A program made the translations under genes and the position numbers. Shown here in pieces: positions 40,019-51,000 of a DNA stretch of 64,000 nt. The DNA lies in IMG/VR virus record IMGVR_UViG_3300042881_004014. One strand, written 5' to 3'. Source of the DNA: an uncultured virus (IMG/VR IMGVR_UViG_3300042881_004014). Its lineage: Duplodnaviria; Heunggongvirae; Uroviricota; Caudoviricetes. The notes under the pieces were generated by a model. That model searched no databases. It saw only the letters and a list, made by a program, of their open reading frames with translations, and was not told the DNA's origin. The stretch's first letter is position 1. Each line of letters starts with the position of its first letter.

Positions 40019-43000
40019 CGCTAGAGAACCCATTCACTTTTTTAATTTCCATTAAGGAATCTACTACATCTCGCATTGAATCAATATGTGATATAATCAT
40101 CACAAAGTCAAATTGAGTTTTAAGATAAGCGAACAACATATACAATGATGTTAAGTTCTCATTATCTAATGTTCCAAATCCTTCATCCACTACTAAGAAG
40201 TTTGGACGAGGCAGGTTACATACGTTGATTAGAGCGATTCTAATTGCCAATCCTGATATAAACTTCTCCATACCACTACACATCTCTAAACTCCATTTCT
40301 GGTCATCATAGACAATATTAGCGTTGATGTTTTTACCATCCATATCCAATTGAACTCCGAACTCTACAATTTGACCTAAGATATTATTAACCTCACCTTC
40401 AATCATAGGAAGTGCCTTTGATATCAATTCATATGATATACCATCCTTACTTAATGCATTTAAATAGTATTCATATAATCCAAATTGTTCTTCTAACTCC
40501 TCAACCTCTTTTATTCTCGCCTCAATAGTTTCCTTTTGATTTGTAAGGGATGATACATCACCATTTAAGTTAAGAAGTAATTTATTCTTTTGCTCTACTA
40601 ATGTTTTAGAAGATGCTAAATCAGTTCTTACAATTTGAATTTCAGTTCTGATTTCTTTGTTCTTTTGGATTTGTTTTTCATTCTCCAAATAATCAGCTAT
40701 AAGTTGTGTAACTTCCTTAACTTCATTCTCTAGCTTAACTTCTTGAGTTTCAATTGTTGATAACTTGTTAATAAGTGTTGATAACTCTCGTTCTACCTTA
40801 GTTTCATCTGATTTGGTATCACTTAACAACTTCCAACTTACTTCATAATTCAATAATGAATTTACAGATGATTCTAATTCTAACTTAGTTTCATTATACT
40901 GAGATTGCCTTTCCTTAAATTCTTTAATAGATTCAACGGCTTCCTTTTTAGCTTCTAAAATAGTTGCTGAGTTTTCCATACAAACATTACAATCTTCATT
41001 GTACTTATGGGAATCTAAATGTTCCTTTTTATCATATAAAGATTCTAACTTAATATCAATCTTTTCAATTTCGTTTGTAAGGGTTTGTAATTGCTCCCTT
41101 TGAGTTTTTAATCTACCAATACCACTTTCTATATCTGCTTCATCAAATCCCTCCAATGCCCCTAATAACCTATCTCTATCGGATTGTAATATAACGATAT
41201 CAGCTTTAGTTTTAGATTGTTGTTTCAACAAGTCGATTAAATTATTTCCTAATGTCGATTTTTTATTTTCTAATTCAGTTAATGAATATGTATCCGATTT
41301 TAAAGGAACTATTTTTTCGTTGAGAGAAATTAATTTTTGATTGTAGGTATCCACACTTCCAGTTGCTTCATTAAGTTGAGCTTCTATCAAACTATACTCT
41401 TTGTTCTTACTAATAAGGTTAGTTTCTATATCAGCTAATCGTTGAGTGAAATCATCCTGCTTAAACTTTCTGATTAGAGAAGCGTTATCCCTATTTTCAT
41501 CCGATGCTATGGTGTATAACTTATCAAATACATCAACTCCCATAAACTGAGCAAGAATCTCTTTACGTTCGGTTTGTGATTTATCAATAAATAGTGCGTT
41601 ATTACCCTGAAGTGATAATGTAGTTAATACAAAATCCTCATAACTTCCCATATATTGTTGGATGATGGAATTGGTTTCCCTCCTTTGCTCTCCATTCAAA
41701 GAGGTAACCAACCCATCTTCAACTTTCCAAAAGTCAACATCAACTTTGATGTTTTTTCCTTTATTAATTATTTTTGCTTTCCTTTCAATAAAGTAATTAA
41801 TCCCATCGATTTGGAAATTAAGTTTACAGTCAAATTCCGTTTTTCTATTATTAAGAATGTTCTTTGCTAAATACGTTCTACTTGTCTTGTCAAAAATACA
41901 AAATGAAATAGCATCAAATAGAGATGATTTACCACTAGCATTTGGTGCAAATACACCAACCATTCCCTTAGCGTTATCAAAACGAATTAAGTTGTTTGGT
42001 CCATATGAAAACATATTTGAAAACTCAAATGTCTTTGGTATCCATTGTATATTAGGAATACTTTCCTCATCAACTAATCGAGTATTTAATTCTCTATTAA
42101 TTTGTTGAATCTTATCAATCGTATCAGCATCAGCGAAGTATTGTCTTTTTAGATAATCTCTAATCAATTCATTTTGGAATTCAACATCCCTAACATTACC
42201 AATAGAAAGTTTATCATCATAATTACCAGTCTTTTGTTTGGATAATGTATCCATTCTAGTTACTGTAAATTCTTCAACTTTGTATTTCTTTTTGATATCA
42301 GTTAATACTCTTTTAATTTTAGATGGGTCAGTATTGGAAATACGAACTCTCAAACGAGGTTTTGCCGGCATATCCGTAACCGCTGGTACAACCCCATTAA
42401 TTACATCTAATGTATAAAACCCATAATCATTTTCAATATCAAATTCCTCAAATGTTCTTGATTCAACATCCCATAAAAGGTAACCATGCTTATCCAATGA
42501 TTCTCCGTGGTTTTGTTGGATAAGTGAACCAGCATATGCAATGGTAGGAATACCCAACGTTTGTCTTTTATGGATATCACCTAACATAACCATATCAAAT
42601 CCTTCAAACATATCAGTTGTAAATGAATTTGATGATACAGTATAACCAATATCAGTTTCTGCATTATTTACAGGCCCGTGAAATAAACAAATTTTATTCT
42701 CACCTTCTACCACTTCAGCCTTTGGCCAATTCTCTTTTTTGTCAAGTATCGAATACACAACAAAAGTAATATTGTTAAAGGGATAGATGCCAGTATCTCT
42801 AAGATAGTGAATTCTTTCATTATTTAAGTTTTCTACGATTGGTGTAAGTACATCCAATCTATAATTATTATTTAAGTTACAGTCGTGATTTCCGGTAATT
42901 AAAAATGTTTCTTTTAAATTAGCACATTCGGTTAGAAACCAACTAATCTCTCTAACCAATTCCGGACTCATTTCAGTTTTAGCATGGGCAATATCACCAG

Positions 43001-43139
43001 CCAAATAGATAATAGAATTTTCAATATTATCTTTTCTAACATTTTCTAAAAACTTATTGAATACATCTCTGTACTCATTATGTCTTTTTAAGTTACGGAT
43101 ATGTAAATCCGCTAAGTGATAGATTTTTTCTACTTTCAT
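40008..43139 (-). CDS. Fused Mre11/SbcD nuclease - Rad50/SbcC ATPase (gp47-gp46-like)
   Basis: HLADLH, AGDIAH, GNHD, LGDIH phosphoesterase motifs; Walker A APNASGKSS; zinc hook CNVC; CSGMEK; VVDEGFGTLD; IISH. Confidence 0.93.
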   Translation of the reverse strand: MKVEKIYHLADLHIRNLKRHNEYRDVFNKFLENVRKDNIENSIIYLAGDIAHAKTEMSPELVREISWFLTECANLKETFLITGNHDCNLNNNYRLDVLTPIVENLNNERIHYLRDTGIYPFNNITFVVYSILDKKENWPKAEVVEGENKICLFHGPVNNAETDIGYTVSSNSFTTDMFEGFDMVMLGDIHKRQTLGIPTIAYAGSLIQQNHGESLDKHGYLLWDVESRTFEEFDIENDYGFYTLDVINGVVPAVTDMPAKPRLRVRISNTDPSKIKRVLTDIKKKYKVEEFTVTRMDTLSKQKTGNYDDKLSIGNVRDVEFQNELIRDYLKRQYFADADTIDKIQQINRELNTRLVDEESIPNIQWIPKTFEFSNMFSYGPNNLIRFDNAKGMVGVFAPNASGKSSLFDAISFCIFDKTSRTYLAKNILNNRKTEFDCKLNFQIDGINYFIERKAKIINKGKNIKVDVDFWKVEDGLVTSLNGEQRRETNSIIQQYMGSYEDFVLTTLSLQGNNALFIDKSQTERKEILAQFMGVDVFDKLYTIASDENRDNASLIRKFKQDDFTQRLADIETNLISKNKEYSLIEAQLNEATGSVDTYNQKLISLNEKIVPLKSDTYSLTELENKKSTLGNNLIDLLKQQSKTKADIVILQSDRDRLLGALEGFDEADIESGIGRLKTQREQLQTLTNEIEKIDIKLESLYDKKEHLDSHKYNEDCNVCMENSATILEAKKEAVESIKEFKERQSQYNETKLELESSVNSLLNYEVSWKLLSDTKSDETKVERELSTLINKLSTIETQEVKLENEVKEVTQLIADYLENEKQIQKNKEIRTEIQIVRTDLASSKTLVEQKNKLLLNLNGDVSSLTNQKETIEARIKEVEELEEQFGLYEYYLNALSKDGISYELISKALPMIEGEVNNILGQIVEFGVQLDMDGKNINANIVYDDQKWSLEMCSGMEKFISGLAIRIALINVCNLPRPNFLVVDEGFGTLDNENLTSLYMLFAYLKTQFDFVMIISHIDSMRDVVDSLMEIKKVNGFSSVKF

Positions 43140-44074
43140 AAATTATTAAGTTTGGATAGGATTAAGGAATCCCATTCCGTTATATTTGCGTTTTTAACTA
43201 AATCATTAACCTCATCAAATCCCATATCACCAGCATCTTTACCAATTGGAATAATGTTTTTAACACTTATCCCATTTTTAGTAAAGTATTCAGAATGTTT
43301 AACTGAATCACTAACAGCATCCGAATCTAATATGATTGTGATTTCCTTAACGCCTCTTTCAAATATTTTCTTCTTTAATGTTTTTGGTAAAAACTTACCT
43401 AAGATTGGAATTACATTTCTCTTAACTGAGAATGAATCAAATACACCTTCCACCAATGTAATAGGTTCGTTCCAATTGATTTGATTATCAAATACAATTA
43501 CATCTCTACTAACAGGTGGATTTTTATATTTCATTGTAGCATCTTCATAAAACGAACGAGCTACAAAATAATTTAATTCATCATTCTCATTATAAGATGG
43601 TACAATTACTCTACCACCATATAATCCATCTTCACAATACCCCATACCATATTTAAGAATCTCATCTTTAGAAATTCCTCTACGATGTAGATATCCCAAC
43701 GCTTGGTTGTATGCGATGTTGATTGATTTTGGTTTGATGTGTAATGGTTTGAATTCTTTTGGAAGTTGTAGTTTAATTACTTCCTCATTCTCATCCGAAC
43801 TAGTTGGTGTGTAATCACCATAAATGGATATTATTTTACCCAACTCATTTCTATCCACATTTAATTTGCGGAGTAATGATTGGATACTACGTCCTTTTGA
43901 ATCACAAACCCAACAATGCCAATATTGGGTATCCAAATTGACTTGTAGTTTCTTTTTGTGGTGATGACAAAATGGACAATGATGGGTTTGTTCGTTGCCC
44001 TTCAAAGAAGTACCAACGCCTAAAACACCATCTAATACATTTATAACAATTAATTTATTTCTAGCGGAGAGCAT
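43136..44074 (-). CDS. DNA primase (Zn-binding + TOPRIM)
   Basis: CPFC...HCWVC, KYKNP, LVEGVFD, LDSDA, KDAGD. Confidence 0.9.
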   Translation of the reverse strand: MLSARNKLIVINVLDGVLGVGTSLKGNEQTHHCPFCHHHKKKLQVNLDTQYWHCWVCDSKGRSIQSLLRKLNVDRNELGKIISIYGDYTPTSSDENEEVIKLQLPKEFKPLHIKPKSINIAYNQALGYLHRRGISKDEILKYGMGYCEDGLYGGRVIVPSYNENDELNYFVARSFYEDATMKYKNPPVSRDVIVFDNQINWNEPITLVEGVFDSFSVKRNVIPILGKFLPKTLKKKIFERGVKEITIILDSDAVSDSVKHSEYFTKNGISVKNIIPIGKDAGDMGFDEVNDLVKNANITEWDSLILSKLNNL

Positions 44075-44095
44075 ATATTTAAATTATGGTTTATA

Positions 44096-44127
44096 CAAAT
44101 ATACGAATAATATTTGATATATCCAAA
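44096..44127 (-). promoter_or_regulatory. Bacteroidota-type promoter for primase/Mre11-Rad50
   Basis: Minus strand TTTG-N20-TATATTTG. Confidence 0.75.
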
Positions 44128-44328
44128 TTAAATACCAGAATTCTTTACTTCTCTTAAAAATTCAGCTAATAGTTCTAATTGCTTGATTACATTTGTATCA
44201 CCATTACGTGCTTGCATTCCCCTAACAATATCTTGGATTGAAGTTGCTGCTACAATTAGAGCATCATCCTTTGAATTTAAGAATGCTTCCGAAATATTGA
44301 ATTTTTGTGCTACTTGTGTTAAGTTCAT
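44128..44328 (-). CDS. Hypothetical protein
   Basis: 66 aa, ATG start, fills gap, preceded by Bacteroidota-type promoters. Confidence 0.65.
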   Translation of the reverse strand: MNLTQVAQKFNISEAFLNSKDDALIVAATSIQDIVRGMQARNGDTNVIKQLELLAEFLREVKNSGI

Positions 44329-44359
44329 AATATGTTCTATTTAATTTATAGTTTATACT

Positions 44360-44490
44360 CAAATATACGAAAAATTTCCCAGTATACCAAATATTTTTGA
44401 TAAAATTTTCCACTATAAATTGATTTAAGTACAAATATAGTGAAAATTTTCCATTATACCAAGTCTTTTCGGTAAAATTTTCCACTAATA
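44360..44490 (-). repeat. Degenerate 72-bp-period tandem duplication, each copy carrying a Bacteroidota-type promoter
   Basis: Copies start at 44360 and 44432: caaatata..gaaaa.ttt.cca.tataccaa...ttt..g.taaaattttccacta; TTTG-N20-TATATTTG (44360-44391) and CTTG-N20-TATATTTG (44432-44463). Confidence 0.8.
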
Positions 44491-44915
44491 TTGCCATTTA
44501 GGCAATTGTCATCTGAAAGGACATCGTATTTGAACATCCAATATACCTCATAATAAGATAGTGATTTTTTAGAATTGCAGAATTGGATGATTTCTCGTTT
44601 GAACTCATCTTGCTTTCCTTCTTTAACTTGTTCGTTTATCCACTCATTAGATGAGTAGTATTTTTCCCAATCGGATGTTTTACGAACCTTCTTTTTAAGA
44701 GGAGCTCTACCACCCATTCCGGCTGCCTTACGCTCCCCCTTAATTTTTGCAAGTTCTCTTACTCCGATTTTTACATTACGAACACTTTCAAGTGATTTCT
44801 TTCCAATGTAGTATTTGCCGCTTGGGGTGTGTGTTATCATATAGATAAACCCAACAGCTTCTTCAGAGATTACATCTTCGGTAATCTCTTTATTTTCACA
44901 TAACCAATTTGACAT
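44454..44915 (-). CDS. GIY-YIG endonuclease-like protein
   Basis: GFIYMITHTPSGKYYIGKK, SDWEKYYSS, FKREII, LSYYE, LNGNI. Confidence 0.8.
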   Translation of the reverse strand: MSNWLCENKEITEDVISEEAVGFIYMITHTPSGKYYIGKKSLESVRNVKIGVRELAKIKGERKAAGMGGRAPLKKKVRKTSDWEKYYSSNEWINEQVKEGKQDEFKREIIQFCNSKKSLSYYEVYWMFKYDVLSDDNCLNGNISGKFYRKDLV

Positions 44916-44918
44916 AAA

Positions 44919-45131
44919 CTATTTTTTAAATTTATCAGAATAAGGTTTACCTGGAGCAAATCCAGAGGCACCTTGTCCTAATTTTCTTCCGCCAGCAGCT
45001 TCAATTGCTTTTTCATCTTTTGATAAATCTCTTCCGCCATCAGCTTCAAGTGGAGTTTTGTCACCACCTTTAATATTTGCTTTAGATGCAGCGGGTGGAG
45101 TTTTTGCTAATAATTCTTCTAATGTTGCCAT
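44919..45131 (-). CDS. Small hypothetical protein
   Basis: 70 aa, ATG, promoter motif at 45145-45153. Confidence 0.65.
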   Translation of the reverse strand: MATLEELLAKTPPAASKANIKGGDKTPLEADGGRDLSKDEKAIEAAGGRKLGQGASGFAPGKPYSDKFKK

Positions 45132-45156
45132 AATTTTTGTTTATTATAAATATTAT

Positions 45157-46095
45157 TTAAGTATCGAAACGTACAATAAAATTAATAGGATAATCCGGTA
45201 ATGATTTTATTGGTTTTGGTAATTTAGCTACTGCTACCATATTAAGTCCATCATCATATAATCCAATTGTTGTAATATATGGTGCTAAGTATGAACCAGT
45301 AGGGTCAACTGAACCACTATTGATATAATCATCAAAACTTCCAATAGATACCCCATCTAATTGAGAAACGTATGGATGTTGTGAATCACGAATTAATTTA
45401 AACCCAGGTTTATAATATGATGCAGTGGTAAACTGATTTGATGATAGTTTTTTATCTCTTCTATTTGTTACAATATCAATTTTTTCTGCACCTTGCTCAT
45501 AAACAGCAGTTGGGTTTTGTGATACGTTAAATTCATTCTCATTAACTGATAGGAATATTTCATTCTCATAAATTGTCATTGTAGAACGATATGATATTTC
45601 AAAATTACTAAGAGTTGTTTCATCAACAACATCTTTAGTAACTACAACTAATCCCCTATCGTAAAATACATTTCCTTTTATATTACCAGAATTATCTACC
45701 AAATTAGAATTACCATCATCAGTTACACTAACCGCTCCATATTGTAATTCCATTGTTCCTATTTTTATACCCTCACCATAATACTCCTGTGGTATTGATA
45801 TTACACCAATAGCATTACCCATAATTCTTTCATTAGTGGATGCATATGATTCACGATTACCAACTTCAGTTAATACCGATGCGGTTGCTGGATTTAAATA
45901 GAATTGTGCATATATTGAATCATACAAAGTTCGTTTGGATATACCATTGGAATTTGTATCGTCTGTTTCAGAATCATACAAATCACTTTGTAGTGTTCCA
46001 TACAATGGGGTAATATCAGTCTCATCCAAAGTCCACTCTTTGTAAACTTTGAAAGGTCTAACGATTACATCCGATTTTGGAATTTCTTTTATCAT
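45157..46095 (-). CDS. Tail/baseplate structural protein (paralogue of 46186..47391)
   Basis: GNVFYDRG, ENEFNVSQNPT, PYITTIGLY...VAVAKLPKPIK; start set at MIKEIP downstream of promoter motif 46112-46120. Confidence 0.7.
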   Translation of the reverse strand: MIKEIPKSDVIVRPFKVYKEWTLDETDITPLYGTLQSDLYDSETDDTNSNGISKRTLYDSIYAQFYLNPATASVLTEVGNRESYASTNERIMGNAIGVISIPQEYYGEGIKIGTMELQYGAVSVTDDGNSNLVDNSGNIKGNVFYDRGLVVVTKDVVDETTLSNFEISYRSTMTIYENEIFLSVNENEFNVSQNPTAVYEQGAEKIDIVTNRRDKKLSSNQFTTASYYKPGFKLIRDSQHPYVSQLDGVSIGSFDDYINSGSVDPTGSYLAPYITTIGLYDDGLNMVAVAKLPKPIKSLPDYPINFIVRFDT

Positions 46096-46127
46096 TCGAA
46101 ATATACTTTCATATAAATATCTAATAA

Positions 46128-46155
46128 ACAAAAAACCCCCTTATTCAGGGGGTTT
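46128..46155 (-). terminator. Rho-independent terminator
   Basis: Minus strand AAACCCCCT-GAATA-AGGGGGTTT followed by T run. Confidence 0.85.
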
Positions 46156-46185
46156 CTATAATTTAGGGTTTATTAATTTCTAATT

Positions 46186-47391
46186 TTAGAATGATAATTT
46201 AACTTTTATAAGTACCTCTTTATCAAATGATTTGTTTATAGGTTGAGATGTTTTAGCTACTGCGATTAATTCGTTTGAATCGTTTAATAATCCTACTGTT
46301 GTTATGAATGTTTGTGGGTCAGTTTCGAAAGTTGTTTCTACAAATGTTCCATCAGTATTTGTGTACGTTGGGTTATTTGAATAGTTGAACTCTCTATTTG
46401 TTGCTCTAACAAAGAAATGTTGTGTAGAAACGTTTTCAGTTCTACGAGCTTCAAAATCTGCACCATTAGCAATTGCTTGTACTAATCTTTTGTGATTTTG
46501 TTGTTCTGCTGCTACTGATATAGAACCACTAACATTAACAGACGTTGTTCCCCAAGGTTTAACAGTACCAATTGTTGTACCAATTGCGGTTGGGTTTAAT
46601 ATAATAATACCTCTATCAGGATAGAACAATCCAAATCCTTCGTTTGTAGAAGATGTTGTTGTATTGATTGTAGCTTCGTTTTCAGTACCTAAGTTAAGTG
46701 AACCACTTACTACTTTAAATACTCTACCAGCTTTACCTAATGTATCACCAAATTTCTTACCACTATCATCAATGAAAGTGAAAACTCCATTTGAACCAGA
46801 AACGGTCATTGACCAGTTTCCTGCATCCATCTTTTCTCTATATCTTGCTCTATTTAATGTGATAGCGTAGATTGAATTTGAATCATTAGCTATACCACTT
46901 CCATTTTCAAATGAGAATTGTGTATCAGTTGGGTCTAATAGAATAGAACGATATTGTGCGTAAGTTGCTTTAGAAGCAAGTAATGCATTATCATCATTCT
47001 GAAGTGATACTGAACCACTACCATTCACATGTCCATAAGCTACACCGAATTGAACTTCAGCAGCAGTATCCGTTCTTGGGTCAGTACTATACACATCATA
47101 ATAGTAATTACCACTTTGGGCTACTTGCGTTGATGAAGTATAAGCTGCGGTTAGGGAACCAGCATCTCCACTCCATATTCCAGTTGTTACGATTTCTACT
47201 TTTGCATTTACTTTATCGAATTCACCGAATCTTTTGTAAACTCCAGTAGATACTCCAGCACCTGCTTGTAGTTGTTGTCCAGCCGGTAGGGCTGAATTTA
47301 AAAGAGCTACGATATCATTACTATCGATTTGCCCTCCAGCTGCTAGTGCTGCGATTTGGGATGCGATTTGTGGGTTGTTTATAATTGCCAT
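46186..47391 (-). CDS. Tail/baseplate structural protein
   Basis: 401 aa; GLFYPDRG, NREFNYSNNPT, TFITTVGL...IAVAKTSQPINK. Confidence 0.75.
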   Translation of the reverse strand: MAIINNPQIASQIAALAAGGQIDSNDIVALLNSALPAGQQLQAGAGVSTGVYKRFGEFDKVNAKVEIVTTGIWSGDAGSLTAAYTSSTQVAQSGNYYYDVYSTDPRTDTAAEVQFGVAYGHVNGSGSVSLQNDDNALLASKATYAQYRSILLDPTDTQFSFENGSGIANDSNSIYAITLNRARYREKMDAGNWSMTVSGSNGVFTFIDDSGKKFGDTLGKAGRVFKVVSGSLNLGTENEATINTTTSSTNEGFGLFYPDRGIIILNPTAIGTTIGTVKPWGTTSVNVSGSISVAAEQQNHKRLVQAIANGADFEARRTENVSTQHFFVRATNREFNYSNNPTYTNTDGTFVETTFETDPQTFITTVGLLNDSNELIAVAKTSQPINKSFDKEVLIKVKLSF

Positions 47392-47405
47392 ATCTTATTT
47401 TCCTT

Positions 47406-48029
47406 TTATGCTCTATATGTTACAGTTACAGGAATAGTTTGTGAACCTCCAGTTTCGTTACCATAAACAGTTATTGTTGTTGAAATATTTGTAGTTAACG
47501 ATGGATTTGGTGTAAATGCAAATGATAAACCATTTACTACTTGTGCAGTAGTTGTGATTTCCTCACCTAAAAATACCGGTACAGTTCCTGCCCCAGCTGC
47601 CCCTTGCGATACTGATAATGTTCCAGCTCTTTGGTCAGCTAATACAACAGTGTATCCAGCGTTTGTATTTCCAGCAGGAGAAGTTGTTGGAGAAAGAGAA
47701 ACGATTCCCTCATTCTGAAAAACTCCTATTGATGGAATACCCAATGATACAATTGGAATTTGTGTTGTACCCTTTGGTAGTGTAACTAATTTATAACGTA
47801 ATACCTGCGTTTCATCAGGCGATGCTTCCAAAATTGGAATTGCTTTTATTGCCGAATCATAATATGCACTTCCTTTTGGATGAGCTGGTTCGTACAATGT
47901 ATAATCAATCTCATCATCACCTAATGCAAATTTGGTTATGTTAAGAGATTGACCCGATGCCAATTTTTGTCTACCTTTTTTGGTAAGAATAGCATCTACT
48001 GTAATTGATGTGTTATTTAAATATCCCAT
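47406..48029 (-). CDS. Tail-collar/baseplate structural protein
   Basis: DAILTKKGRQKLA...ITKFALGDDEIDY resembles tail-collar fibre N-terminal domains. Confidence 0.65.
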   Translation of the reverse strand: MGYLNNTSITVDAILTKKGRQKLASGQSLNITKFALGDDEIDYTLYEPAHPKGSAYYDSAIKAIPILEASPDETQVLRYKLVTLPKGTTQIPIVSLGIPSIGVFQNEGIVSLSPTTSPAGNTNAGYTVVLADQRAGTLSVSQGAAGAGTVPVFLGEEITTTAQVVNGLSFAFTPNPSLTTNISTTITVYGNETGGSQTIPVTVTYRA

Positions 48030-48093
48030 AATTTTTTATTATCCCTTTTGATATACTATAAATATAACTTTTTTTAAATTTAATTAATTTTGA

Positions 48094-51000
48094 TTAGTCA
48101 ACCTCCAATATTGGTTCACCTGAACCTCTACCAGTATTAGCCACTCTAAGAATGTTAGGATTAGTAGTAAATATTTCAACCGGGTCTAATCCATCAGGCG
48201 TTGTAGTTGATGTTTGTTGTGAACCTTCGAAAAATGAATATTTTAATCCTTGTGTTAAATTATTTTTATAACGATAATGTGATGGGAAGTAACCATTTAA
48301 TGGAGTTACCTCTATTACATTATTACCAATCGATGGTGGAGTTGCCCCAACCGGTACAATTGATACATTATACCTATAATTAGTTACTTCTTGAATTTCG
48401 TACTTAATTTGTTCATTATTTGTTGTTGCCGGCCAACCTTCAGTTTGAACACTTACTTTTTCTATATAAGATTCCTTAACTTTATATATTTGCTTTCTTG
48501 ATGAAGTCATATTACCAAATATATCTAATGTTGTCAACGAACCAGTTCCATTTAATGCATATAATCCAAATCCTGCCAAATCCAATGATTTATCATCCAT
48601 TCCAATTTGTGTAGATGAGAATGAATCAACAGTAGATTCTAATTTGGAACCATTTGGAATTTCAATTTCTACTTCATAAGTTGGATATGAACCTTCTAAT
48701 ACCGTAACATCTTCTAATTCAATTAATGAATCATATGTAGGATAATCAACTAATAATCTTGTAATTTCATCTGAATTAATGGTTGCTTCATAGTTATCCA
48801 TTTGAAATGAAAACTCAACATTATCAGTTGTATTAATAGATGTATCATGTACATTATAAGTAGATTCAACTTCTATATTATCACGTGTATCAATTGATGA
48901 TTCATAATCACCCCTTTCAGCTGCTGGTTGTTTCCATTTAGTTTTACTTCTTTCTAAATAATGTGGTTCAATTAATAAACCTTTAGAAACACTAGCTCTA
49001 GCCGGAACTAAATCTTGTAATACATCAAATAATGATTTGTCGATTTGTCTAACTAACTGAATGTATTCATAAATATCTCTATCTAATCTTTCAAAATAGT
49101 ATTCTCTTAAAATTCTAAGTTCGTTGTAATCATCCTTATATTCATCAGCAGGTGCACCAATATAATTGTCAATGTTGAATGAACCAAATGATTTTAAGAT
49201 ATCCATATTCAATTCCTTAACAGGCGAAAAGAATAATCCTAATCTATTTGAATCAACTGGTGCTCTATCAAATGCTTTTTTGGTTGCTCTAACTTTGTGA
49301 GATAAATCACCAACTAAAGTTTGTTGTTCAAATCTAATTTTATCAGATTGATTAAATCCTAATGACGGTACGTTTGCCGTTACAGTCCTATCATATGGAG
49401 TATATTGGTATGGATAAATGCTTGATGATGGGAATGATACAGTTGTACCATATGTTACACCATAAGCTTGAGAAACCGCAACATTCAATAAGTTGTTATC
49501 GGCTGTTCTATCTTTTGGGTATTCAAAATCAAATCTAACCCATAAATCTTCAGTAGATGCTGTATATGAATTTCCATTGGTTGCATCAGGTAGAAGTGTA
49601 TGTGTTTCAATTACACCATCTTCCAATGGTTGTTTCCATAAACGGAACTCATCCATTGAACCACTTAATGCATATCCAATTTTAATCAAACTACCAGTAT
49701 TCCAAGAAGTATTACCAGTTAATACTAATGGTGCCGATGTTACTTGCGTTCTAATTCTATCACCCAATGCATCCTTTGCAATAATTTGAAAAGATGAATT
49801 AGCTCCAACTAATGTTCTATTAATTACAATCTCAGTATATTCATCATTGAATATATTAAATTCAGATGTGGATGCGGATGCTACTAATCCAGTCGATGCT
49901 GATACATAAAAATCTAATGTACCAAATGTACCCTTTGTATTAGTAACTCCCAGTTTCCAATTTTGAATAGAACCACTTTCAGCTTTTACAATACCATAAT
50001 TACCCGGCTGAGTTAGATTAACTCTTAACTCAACTGAATTTGGATATGTACCACTTACTTCTTTCCAATCCGTTTGAACATATTCATTTGTATTGGTAAA
50101 GTTAATAGCTGCCGTTCTATCATCAAATGTAAATTTGGTGCTACCACCCAATGTTGGGTCTTGTGGTCCACCAAACTCCATAATAGTTAATAGAGATTGT
50201 GGTACTCCATAACAAGCCATTACAGCTTTTAAAGAACGAGCCGTACCTTTATGTTTTAATAAATAAGGTAAGTTGTTTAATATTCTTCTCCAAACTTCTT
50301 CGTTTGCAGATTTTAAACTTGTACCATATTTTTCAGTTCCATCTTTGTTTTGTCCAAATGCATACTCCCATAGGAATTGAGAATCGTATGCACGTTTCCC
50401 CTCCCATCCCATTGATTCCAACATTTGGAATACCAATTCATCTGAGAATCCATTTGAAGTGGCTTGGTTAAGATTTTTTAATTGTTTTAATGAATTTATG
50501 TATGCCCAAATGATATCAAAGTGCTGTCCAATCATATCTAAGAATAACATATATTCTTCATTGTCATAATCCTCTTTGATAAATCTAGGAAGATTATTAT
50601 TTAGATAGTTTGGATTATACTTATCATAATCATCAGCCACACTTATAATAGTATCATACCAATCAATTGCCGTATTACTTGTAGTTGCTACAATTGTATT
50701 AGAAACTTTTGGATATGCTAAAGAATTTGTTGATGTATATAAGAATGTTTCAAATCCATCAAATGAACCAATTAAATTATTAATATTATCTAATTGTTTA
50801 TTTGCTTCAATTTGAGATAGAATATTGTAAGAAGGAGTTTCGTACTCTAAAAATAAATCATTTTCGGTTAATAAATAATAATCATTCTCCGTTGTTAAAT
50901 AAGTTAATACAACATTTTGAGAAGAAACTGAGTTATAGGTTGTTTGGTATGTTTCTAATAATTGAATCTTATACCAAAAGTTTTTAACTCTTTCAGCAGA

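Noticed and set aside
44264..44497. 77-aa minus-strand ORF with an internal repeat
   Set aside because: Translation of the 72-bp promoter duplication; overlaps two better genes
44454..44915. GIY-YIG gene as a mobile homing endonuclease
   Set aside because: Only 153 aa with no visible DNA-binding tail or intron context; mobility cannot be supported
46096..46131. Upstream start of the 324-aa ORF
   Set aside because: Spans the promoter motif and terminator tail; ATG at 46095 fits better
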